Shown one piece after another: positions 52,932 to 64,000 of a stretch of 64,000 nt of DNA. The notes under the pieces were generated by a model. That model was not told the origin of the DNA. It was given only the letters and a program-made list of their open reading frames with translations, and searched no databases. Location of the stretch: positions 125,922,001-125,986,000 of the forward strand of contig OX597814.1 of the NCBI GenBank assembly GCA_951406725.2, written 5' to 3'. Positions within the stretch are counted from its first letter, which is position 1, and the number at the start of each line of letters is the position of its first letter. The translations under genes were made by a program, and so were the position numbers. The stretch comes from Octopus vulgaris. Its lineage: Eukaryota.

Positions 52932-53780
52932 TGGCTGTAATTTCATCATGAGCCAATCATTGGTAAATTCATCATCGTACCAAACATATCATAGATAAAT
53001 TCATCATCATGCTTTTTATCTGCAGAGTAAATATTTCTTTGAACATTATTTAAAGTTTTTATTCATTGAGGAAATATATTGCATCTCATTAACAAAGAAA
53101 AAGACATTCAAAGACAAAAAATTACATCTTACAATCTAGAAATTTTTAGAAATCTTGAAACAGGAACAATGAAGAAACGAAGTAATAATCATACAGTATA
53201 ATGCCAATGCATAAATTCTACATTGCAAAAAGAAATATAACGGTAGTGCAGCATGAATTCAATGCATCATCAATGAATATCAAAATTGCAAAATACTGGA
53301 TTATTTAAAAGGCATTGCTCGTAATTTGTCTTTTTCGCATGTTTCTTTTTCTAACTTAAAATAGCGTTATCTCTTTACTGCATTTCTTTGTGATTCTTTC
53401 CTTTTTATAAAAGTGACTGTGATTTGCTTTTTATATATATATTCAGTAAATTTGATATTTATAATCTTTCAATTTCTTTTTCATTGCTAATGAAATGCGA
53501 TGTATTTGCTTTGCAAGTAAAAATTATATATAATGGTTAGTGAATTATTCTGTGGATAAAAAGCATGGCGATTAATTTACCGAGGAAATATTTGGCAATA
53601 CAATGAATTTACCGACAAGGTATTTGGTATGATGATGAATTTACCGACAGCATTGGTTGTGATGAAATTACCAAGTGATGAAATTACAGAAGATTATTTA
53701 CCATAATGTAATTACTTAACATTATTTACCGTGATGTAATTACTCAAGATTATTTACCATCATGTAATTACTGGCCAGCT
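52932..53780 (+). mobile_element. Non-autonomous Mutator-like (MULE) relic with repeat-rich TIRs
   Basis: Left arm 52936-53030 is reverse-complementary to 53546-53670 (GGTAAATTCATCATC units). Internal KFLEILKQEQ...KKKY...ILDYLKGIARNL matches MULE transposase C-termini. Confidence 0.7.
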
Positions 53781-56509
53781 CCTTACCTCTACCCCTACTT
53801 TCTTTACAGATACAAACTATAGAACTTTTTAGTTAGACATCAATCATATCAACTACACCTGTGTGAGAAATTCTGCAATTTGTAAAAAAATTGTAGTTTG
53901 CCAGAACACATTGATGTGAAGGGAATTCTTGAGTGGGTGAAGACTGGCATACAAAATACTGTTCAATGTTTGGTTTTAAAAAATAAATCTTTACAGGAAA
54001 TTATTTTGCAACTCTAATAGTATTAATACATTTAATGTACTGAATATCAGCAAACTAATTAAAAATAATTATTTGATGATGCAAAGATAGCATGAACTCA
54101 GTGACAAATAACTTGGTGCTTTGGCAGAATCTATGAGACTGCATGCATGAGGGCCAGGTCTCTCCACCCATCTTTTCACCAATCCTTATAAAGTGTCACA
54201 AGCATAAGATTATCTTTGGTATTTGCTACAGAGTTTGTGGAAATAAAATACAGGTGATAATCAATGGGTTAGTTTGAATAGAAAATGAGTGTAATTAAAA
54301 GGAAAGCTTTAAAGCCCTGAGGCTATTAGAGTTACAGTAAATGCAAGAGAAAGTACAAAATAGCAATAGGTCAAAGATTTAAAGTTTTCTGTCTAAAATG
54401 TTTCATCAATCAAGTTTGGTTTCTAATATGATCTAACATCACAATAATTGGTGGAGTTATGCCACTGTCATCTAGAATATGAAAACCGTGTAACAAAGGG
54501 TCAATAGTCACACAGAATAGAAAATGAAGTCTATTTTATGTGCTTTTAATAATGTGGCAAGACTTCAAGAAAAATCACAGGAAATGATGAATTCTTGTAT
54601 GTATAAATAGAAAGATTCCTCAAAGTGAAAGATATTGATGATAAATGAGTTTCATATATTTCCTACAGTTAAAATTGATTCCTAACATTTTCTATAAGTG
54701 TCCAAAGTGGCGAAAGGGTACAGCTGATTAAAGCAACCCCAGGATTTGACTGGCACTTCGTTTATCAACCTTAGAGGTGGCACTGCATTGCTGACCTCTG
54801 TGTGATTTAAGCAACGAATGTAAGGGTATGAAATTGAAAAATGCAAAGCAGTTGGTCTGACACTCTATAGTTACCAACATTCCACTCTCCCTGATGTAAT
54901 GGTTTAATATTATTTAACATTTCAAGAGTATTGTGTCGGCAAATATGATAAAGGAGACCACATTGATGGCAGAAGAGGATGTCTGCCATCAGTGAGGATC
55001 TTTAACCATATTTGCAAATACAATACTGTTATAATGTTTAATGATGTTGATCTATTGATTACACAATATATTAGAATTTTTCTGTTTGGCATTTCACTTT
55101 TTGTCATTCTAACCTAATTCTATTCCATTCATTTCCCATAAATATTGCAACTGTTGCTATGATACCTTTAGAAAACACTATTTCTACTGATCCAACAAAG
55201 GGGCCTCTACATGGCTGCTCAGCCTGCTAGAAATAGCAACCAGATCTCCCTCAGACCATAACCTATTTAAATTTTTTTTTAAACAAGGACAACTTATATA
55301 ACATAATCTTAGATATGCTGTCTGAATAAAATAGGGGATGGCTGAAGTGCTTTTGATCATAAATCTGCTCTATCATTGCTGAGAGTAAAATGGCAACTAT
55401 ATCATCAATTATTTTTATGTCCAATGCAAGATTCAATTTCAATCTGCCTATCTATCTGTATTTCGAGTATCCAGAGACACAACAGTTATAAAACATATCT
55501 ACAGGTTTGGAGTTGATGAAATGAAATTTCTTTTTTTATTTGTAATATCTTGAAACATTATTTTGTAAGGTTTAATATAGAAAATATTTCTGTCTTCACA
55601 AACAGGAAAGAATGTGGATTTTCAACTGAACCAATGCACGACGGTGACTCTCTAATAAGTTACTAGCTGTAGGTCTTTACATTTATAAACTTAAAATATA
55701 TTCATGCCAGCCTTTTGTCCTATATTTGATATAAATAACAGCCATTTATGAAAACAACCAGTCGAATTTAAGAAAAAAAAGAAAACAAAAGCAGCCGCTA
55801 GCCACATCTATTTCTGATGAAATGAATTCTTACAACATGACCTACAGACTACTATTTTACAATGTATAATATAATATTAGTTTTCTATTTGTGTCCCCCA
55901 CCAGAAGGGCCTTAAAAGTGAATTACAGGAGGAACAGATAATGATATTTATCATTCTATTTTCTAAGACACTGATTTTACTGATAATTTCTGTATCATCA
56001 TATAATGGGGGGGGGGGAATTATCTTTGTTATGTTATAATTCAATACAAACTTCCTAGTTAGCGACTTGTCCTAATTTAATCATCTGTCTTTTTATAGCA
56101 ACTAGTTAATGAATTAATTTAATTTTTCTTCTACTTTTGTATTTGTGTCATTTTCATGTGAGTCATACATTTAATGATAATGATTTCTAGCTTTGGCGTT
56201 AAGCTTCAAATTTGTAGAGGTATGGATGTAGTCACTTGAATGAAGTTCAGTGCATGACTGGTTCATGCTTGAGCAAAAGATAAGAGCAGGCAAAATTAAC
56301 ACGACATCAACAAGATTTGATCTTATAATGTAAAGATGGGCATTTAGTCCAGCACTCCTAATTCCTGCCTTTATAAACAATAATAACAATACCATCAACC
56401 CCCAGCACTTAACTAACACATTATTTTATCAATCCCAAAAGGGTGACCTAGGTGGGATTTAAATTCAGAGTGTAAAGAGCTAGAACATATAATAATAAGA
56501 AGAAGAACC

Positions 56510-56705
56510 CTTTCTAATATAGGCACAAGGCCTAAAATTGTTGGGGAAGGAGCTTGTCAATTACATCAACTGGTTATTTTATCAACCCTGAAATGATGAA
56601 AGGTGAAATTGGCCTCAGTGGAATTTGAATTCAGAATGTAAAAATGGATAAAATGCCACCGAGCATTTTGTCCGTCATACTAACAATTCTGCCAATTTGT
56701 CACCT
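56510..56705 (-). mobile_element. SINE family B (further degenerate copies at ~56190-56490 and 57255-57430)
   Basis: AGGCACAAGGCC...ATCAACCCTGAAATGATGAAAGG...TTCAGAATGTA. Confidence 0.75.
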
Positions 56706-59314
56706 GAATAATTATAATTCTTTCTAATTTTGGTATACTTCATTTTGACTTTCTTATAGTGTTTTCTTGACAGAGATATGTGGGTGGTTTGCCATTGCCT
56801 TCCTCAACTGTATGGCTGTTAATCCACAAGGAGCTCATCCACCCTCAACAGATCTTCATTTTTTGTCCTGCTGGGTGTTCAGACACCTTCCTCATGCTAC
56901 TTAAATGGGTGAGCTAGTTTAGTTACCAACCACTCAACCATAGTACTACCTATTTACATAGTACCAGAAGCAGGTCTTGTCAGCCTGTTATGAGATCCCT
57001 GACCTGACCTGCATTTGAAATGTGGGTGTATAGGTAAATGTTGCAATCCCTAACAAAGATCATCAGTCAAATGGATGGGTGTTACATCAGACATTTGGAA
57101 AACATTATCATGGAAGAGTAAAAGGTAATTGTTCAAGAGGCAGACAAAGTATGCAATGTATGGACAATATCAAGAGCCAGTTAGACAAAAGTGGCAAGGC
57201 AGTCTTATCAGGAAGACTTTTATTGTAGTGTCATCAATGCAGGGCAGGCATAAGATTTTTGGTATAAGGCCTACAACTTTGAGGTGGAAAAGTAGATTGA
57301 TTGCATTGACCTCAGTAATTGCCTTGTACTTTGTTTTATTAACCCTGAGATGAAAAAAAAAAGGCAAAGTTGACTGCAGTGGAATATGAACTCCGAGCAA
57401 ATACCACAATGTATACTGTCTGATGCTCTTATGATTCTCTCTAAAGCCGCACATTTTGAGAAAGAATTGTAGCCAATTATATCATTTCCATTGTGTGACT
57501 TGTACATATTTAATCAATCCTGGAATGATGAGAAAACAAGGTGAAACCCATCACATGAAGAGACATAACTAAATTATTCATGTCATTTTGTCTGCCATTG
57601 CACCAATTCTTTCAAAGATTTCAACCAATGATAAGAATTTAAAATCAAGCCGTTTAAATGGAAAAGTAGAGTGAATGTAGTCAACACTGTGTATCTTACT
57701 GGTAGTTTTTTTTTTTTTTATCAGCTCCAGCTTGATGGAAAACAAAATGGGAACAGTAGAATCAAAGAAAACTAATGATGATCTGTCTGTATCAGCAAGA
57801 AGTAAATAAAAGAGGTTCACACAGTAGAATAAATTATTTTTCCATAAGGAAGAAGTGAAGTCCAATATTTCAACCAGGATCTGAGAGGGATGATGTGTTT
57901 ACGAAGATATTAGGACTCCTCAATAAAACACAGATGTTTCCCATAAAGAACATAACAAAATCTTAGTCATTTTGCCTTGCATTTTACTTATTCTGTCATC
58001 TATACCATCTACATTATTCAATTATTCAGTTCTAATATTACTCATAAAAATTGTAATTCTATGAAACTTGTTTGGTTAGACAAGTTCTTATGCCAAAAGT
58101 ACAGCCCAAAAGTGTTAGATTTCCCTCTCCCAGTCACATGATATACAGACTTATCCAAACTTATTGACTACCACTGCATAATTTTTACCAGTATAGACAA
58201 CAACCTGACTCCGATTTTCACCAGTAATTCTATGAATGATCTTAGCTAGCTTTTCTCCAACAGATGTTAATCTTAACTGTCATATGACAAGCTTTATAAG
58301 TTTTATATTACCTGTAATAAAAAAAAAGAAAAACAGTAAATTTTATAGAACAGTTATTCCAATCTTATTGTAAAATGACAAGATCTTTAGCTATTGTGAC
58401 AGCAGCTGAGAACTTTACATCAGCATCCTTTTCTCAAACAAAACACAAAATATAGATAATTTCATAAGCAGGGCAGAGAACAGTTTCAAACCAATTTGTA
58501 AATACATCAAATGAATTTAGTGAATAATAAAATAGTGTTGATTCATTTGTTAAAGTAATTTCTTTACTCGTTTTTGAAAAGAGAACATTTAAATCTAGTT
58601 GACATTTACATGTATTCTACTTCCTTAATTTTTAATGATGAAAATATAACATGTTTTAGAGGATACACATATAATATTCTGGTGTGAATGAGCTACACTA
58701 AATTATTGTGGTGTAAAATACTAAAGCTACAACTTTTAATTTGTAATGACTTTGATGAATAGGGAACAAAGTTTTGCTCTTTAATTAATTCCCATAAATT
58801 TAGCTTTTTATAATGTGTATTTTAATTGCAGTATGTAATGGATTCAAGACACTAACAACTATTTTGCTGTTCACAGGTGTTATAATTAAGGATGTAAATG
58901 TTCATTATTGAGGCATATTATTTTTAATGAAATTTAAGATGACAATTTGATTTCTTATTTTTTAATATATTTGTGTTTAACATTTGAAATTGTATTGTTT
59001 AAAGTAGACTTTAAATAACTAGTGAATGAAAGTCAGTAATGAGCATTAAGTTGCTAAAGGACCAAATATACAGAGAGAAATATATTTAAGGAACATATAT
59101 AAACACACGTGCATGTGCACACACACATACACAATAACTGAAAGGTTCCAATTTCCAGTACTCCAAGTTACTCATTTGCAATCACCCGTTGGTAAATCCA
59201 GCTTGTTTTCTTTTAAAATATTCGTTGTTCGAATATTGTTTTGAAATATAAAATCAAAGCTGCTCACATTTTTGATTTCATTTATTGTTTTCATGGATAT
59301 ATCATAAATGACTT

Positions 59315-59525
59315 ATAAGGTGGTGAGCTAGCAGAATCATTGGTATACTGGGCAAAATGCTTAGTGACATTTTGGTCTGCCTTTATGCTCTGATTTCAAA
59401 TGCCATCAAGGTCGAATTTGCTTTCATCCTTTTGAGATCTATAAAATAAGTACAAGTTAAGCCCTGGAAATCAACTTACCCTTTCCCTGAAATTGTTGGC
59501 ATTGTACCAAAATTTGAAACCAATA
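59315..59525 (+). mobile_element. SINE family B
   Basis: GGTGGTGAGCTAGCAGAATC...TTTCATCCTTTTGAG...AAATTTGAAACCAATAT. Confidence 0.75.
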
Positions 59526-60121
59526 TCATAAATGTCTTAAACTCAGTGTCTTAAACGCAACCAAGCAAGTACAGGAAACAACTCCAGGCATGTTTTATCT
59601 TATTCTGACTTCTTCAGCAGAAATACAGTCTTGTTATAACTTGCCAAAGTGGTACCAAATAAATCATAAAACAAGTATAAAAAATATAATTGTTTTGAAA
59701 TAATAATGTAATGCCAACTTCATTATAAAACAATAAGGAAATGGATGACAGCTTATTGAACATAGACTTGCATTTTCCTGTTGTTAGTCATATGAGTGGC
59801 ATATAAGAATGAAATATAATGACAGTGTTCTTTTTTAAATTTTATTTAATTTGACCTTATAGGTGCAGGTATGAGTGTTTTTGAGGATGCACATGTAATA
59901 TTCTGGTTCAATTGAACTACATTAAATAAATTATTGTGGTGCAAAACACTGAATCTACAACTTTTAGTTTGTAATGACATAGATGAATAAGGAATAAGAA
60001 GCTTGCTTCCCAACTGGTTGGTATTAAGTTCAGTCTCACTGCATGACACTATAGTTCTAGGCTGATCAAAAATGTTGTGTAGATATGGTAATAAACCCAG
60101 CCAATTGTGTGTGTGTGTGTG

Positions 60122-60757
60122 TATCATCATCATTTAATAATGTCCATTGTCCATGCTAGCATGGGTTGGATGGTTTGACCAAGGCTGGAAGGCTACACCA
60201 GACTCCAGTCTGATTTGGCATGATCTTCTATGGCTGGATGCCCTTCCAAACATCAACCACTCCAAGAGTGTAATGGGTGCTTTTATGTGCCACTGGCATG
60301 GGTGCCATTTGCATAACACTGGTATCTGAATGATTGATTTTGTTTGGCTTGATGGGTCTTCTTCACAAGCATGACATAATGCCAAAGGCCTCAGTCATTG
60401 CTTCTGTGAGGCCCAACACTCAGAAGGAACTCGGCCACTTTGTCTCCGTGAGGTCCAACACTCAGAAGGAACTCAGTCACTTTGTCTCTTTGAAGCCCAG
60501 TGCTCAAAAGGATCTCAGACACTTTGCCTCCAGAAGGCCAATGCTCAAAAGGAACTCAGCCACTTTGCCTCCGGGGGGCCCCAACACTTGAAAGGAACTC
60601 CACCACTTCGTCCCATGTCTTCCTGGGTCTACCTCTACCACAAGTTCCCTCCACAGTTAGAGATCAGCTCTTCTATACACAACTGTCCTCATCCATGTGC
60701 ATCACATTACCATACCAGCATAGTTGTCTCTCTTGCACACCACATCTGATAACTCTT
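60122..60757 (-). mobile_element. RTE 3' fragment with ~41-bp tandem expansion
   Basis: Reverse complement of 42300-42560 (GRGRPRKTW) plus tail; five diverged ~41-bp units at 60406-60610. Confidence 0.85.
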
Positions 60758-60780
60758 ATATATATATATATATGTATGTA

Positions 60781-62009
60781 TTAGGGTGTTTGGAAAGTAA
60801 TTGCGTTTTTTCATCACTATGAAATATAAATCAACTAATCACATTAGATCCAAGGTTGAATGGGCAGGGACAGTCTAGAAATAACATATCATCTCTCCTA
60901 TCCAACAGTTTGTCATTCATAGTTGCTTTGGTAATTAACCCCATGGAGAATAAGAACTTTATGAAACAACATATTCGCCATTGCTTACTGCATGAACTTT
61001 GAAAGAAAAGTACCACTACAGAAGCGATGAAAAACATTGTTTTATAAACATGGATGCAGTGAAAGCTTCTACATGTCAGCTGTGGTTTAAAAGGTTCAAA
61101 GAAGGCAGTTGTAATGTATCCAACAATCCTTACTCTAGAAGATGACCCACTCTGAGTGATGACTTTTTGAATGAGACTATTGTGTTGGATCCATATCAAA
61201 GTACTAGAGATTTGGCACAAAAATTTAATGTCGTGTTCAATTATCCCACAAACATCTCAAGCAAATTGGAAAAATATGCAAAGAGAGAATTTGGATTCCA
61301 CATGAGCTTACGCTTGAGAACCAAACACAATGTTTCACCATCTGCAGCAGTCTCCTAACCTGTCATTTTTGGAGCGCATTGTTACTGATGATGAAAAATG
61401 GGTTTTGCATCACAACAAAAAAGACAATGGTTATCATGTAATGAGAGGCTAGTGCTAAAATAAAAAGCAGAACTCCATCCTCAAAACCCCTTGCTTTGTG
61501 TTTTGTGGAACAGCAAAGATATCATCCATTATGAGCTATTGGAACATGGAAGGACCATCAATGCAGAAGTCTAATGCCTACAACTTTATCGCGTCAATGA
61601 AAAGTTACGTCGAAAGTGGTCAGCTTTGGTAAACAGAAAAGGTGTTATTCTTTAGTATGACAATTCATGGCCACACTCTTCAAAACAAACCTAAGAAAAA
61701 ATAAGACCATTAGGATGGTAAGTTTTTCCATATCCTCCATACTCACCTGACTTAGCACCTATGGATTTCTATCTGTTCCAATCACTAGAATATTTCAAAA
61801 GAAGCAAAACATTCAGAAACAGAGAGGAAGTTGAAAACAGTCTTTCAGACATTTTTCAAGAAAGGAAATAGGTTTCTTTGAATGTGGCATAAAAACGTTG
61901 GGCTGCAGTCATTGAAAACAGTTTTGATTAAAGCAATTCAGATAACCAAAGTTTACATTCGTTTTTATATCCTTTCTAGTAAAATTCAATTACTTTCTGA
62001 ATACCCTGG
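60781..62009 (+). mobile_element. Full-length decayed mariner (DD34D transposase pseudogene)
   Basis: TIRs AGGGTGTTTGGAAAGTAATTG / CAATTACTTTCTGAATACCCT; ATG at 60943; motifs WIPHEL, IVTDDEKW, YDNSWPH, PPYSPDLAPMDFYLF; multiple stops. Confidence 0.92.
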
Positions 62010-62019
62010 TGTGTGTGTT

Positions 62020-62278
62020 ATTGCTTGTGTGTACCCTTGTCTTAACATCACAGGAATGTTATAAATGGCTATCATTGCCATACAAGTGGTATTGTTCATT
62101 TGTAGCTTTCTATGAAAAAGATGTTCTTACCATGGGGAAATATCTTGCTTGGAAACAAGTGAGGGTTGGTGTCAAAGATCATCAGACTGTATAAAAATCT
62201 GCCTTAAAAATTATGTCCGACCCATATTAGCCTGGAATACTAGGCATCAAATGATGATGGTGGTGGTGATGGTGATGA
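62020..62278 (+). mobile_element. Degenerate RTE-related tail fragment
   Basis: CTTGGAAACAAGTGAGGGTTGG...CCGACCCATATTAGC...GATGATGGTG tail; similar to 14350-14620(+) and 38695-38930(-). Confidence 0.55.
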
Positions 62279-64000
62279 AGAAGACCTTCATTTGTATATA
62301 AAACTGAAAAATTAATCTCTTGTTTTTGCATAAAGTCCACTTTAATTTTATTGATGTGTAACTTTAAATATTAATTATCCAAGATATTAAACTTAAATTT
62401 CAATGATGTACTTTTATATCATTAGCAGCATTGATGGTATCATCATCATAATCATCTTCATTAGTTTAGCACTACTTTATGTATTTATTTCATTGCTATA
62501 TAATGTTTTATATGGTTTTAATAGATCTGCATACATGTTTAAAGTTCAAACATTAATATATACATGTTAATGTTTAATAAGTTGTTGTTGTTTTGTGTGT
62601 GTGTGTGTGTTTTATATATATTTCATAATATGAAAATGGATGACAGAGGCATTGTCAGGCCACGCCGAAGAAGACAATAACCCCAAATAAGAACTGACAC
62701 AAACCATAATGACCTGTCCAACACTTGTCAGTATAGAAAGCAGAGTACATAATATGTACACACACAAACAAACTACACACATTATGTATACACTAAAGCT
62801 AAACACACAAGTTTACAAGTAGTGTGTTGGCACATTATCTAAATAGAGTGGTAATATGTAGTAGTATCACCTACTTTTCTAATACTAGAACATATACTAA
62901 ACTTAGAATTTTTCTTGGGGTTGCTTAAAATCTTTCCTTTAACCACATCATAGCACCACATTTTGAACAATTTTCATCCATGTTCACATTTTTCCATCCA
63001 TCATTTCTGTTCTTACGACTATGAATTTATCATCTGTCTTATGTTTTGAATCAGCTTCCCCTATCTGTTCTGGTTCTTTTTTTAAAGCAGCCAATGCAGT
63101 CCTTTCTTCTTGTTTGAAGTGTTCTTGCATTAGTGAATCCTATTTCGGTTTATAGCCTACGTATTGCTTGTTCAGATGTTTCAAGTTCTTCCCTTGCATT
63201 AGATTTTCTTCTGTCATTTACTTGTCTTTGTGGTTTTTGATCTGGACTTTCATGTGCCCTTCTATTAGCCATTTTTTTTTGTCTGTTATTTTCTTAGGTT
63301 TGTAATCTTAGTAGTTTGTAAGCTACAACAGATATGGTCCCTGTTGTGATGATATCTCTTTTCACTGGATGACATTGTTGTATTCTTGTTACTTTCTTTT
63401 TTTTCCCCCCATTCTCCTTCTCCTCTCTTTTTTCTCTTTCTCTCCCTTGCTTCTCTCTCTTTTTTTCTCTCACCCTCCCTCTCTATTACTCTTGGGTTCT
63501 TGATATTGAAATGTCTTTTAAACTACCTAAATTGATTACAGTGTTAAACAGTGAAATTTAGTAAAGTAAGTCTAAAACGAAACTCAAAAAATTTGCCACA
63601 CACAGAGAAAGATTAAATTGTTTTAATTATACTCACACTCACAGGCACACAAGCAAGCAGACACATGCTTGCACACACATGTACACACACTTTGATGGAA
63701 TAATATGTATACACACACTAACATACACACACATCAATGAAAATACAGGTACATAGACATTGACAAAAAAAAATCACACATACTTATAAATGAACTGTCA
63801 CAAACAGATGATGAACACATGTAAACCAACACATTTGTACACATTGTCAGAGAGTTACAACATGCACATGCACACAGGTGTATGCAGATAAGCACACCGC
63901 CAAAAACTTAAAATACACACATTTATAAACAGAACCAGATAAATACAGCCACAAACCTATATACACATTCACACAATCACATCTGCCTGATTAAAATTCT

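Noticed and set aside
59850-59876. Apparent 6-nt micro-exon TATAG|GTGCAG|GTATGA
   Set aside because: The sequence matches the start of a SINE A head.
62900-63340. Possible LINE endonuclease N-terminus on the minus strand (IGFTNARTL)
   Set aside because: Only one weak motif; not enough to call.

Overview
AT-rich, microsatellite-dense animal genomic DNA with no convincing intact protein-coding gene. The SINE/LINE repertoire looks like octopus (coleoid cephalopod); this comes from recognising the repeats, not from a search. The window is probably a large intron or intergenic tract. It holds three SINE-like families, many 5'-truncated RTE LINE tails, a near full-length decayed RTE, Hero-type and CR1-group LINE fragments, two mariner relics, a Mutator-like relic, two Helitrons and a U6 snRNA pseudogene abutting a SINE. 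The most unusual signal is a set of hammerhead-ribozyme (HHR) motifs. Two fold-back elements (39289-39583 and 40691-41378) carry HHR motifs of opposite polarity facing each other. The ~690-bp element folds as a long imperfect rod with clustered internal loops, like a retrozyme or viroid-like RNA copied into DNA. Every HHR copy seen has at least one defect, and none was folded computationally. Boundaries of degenerate repeats are approximate.
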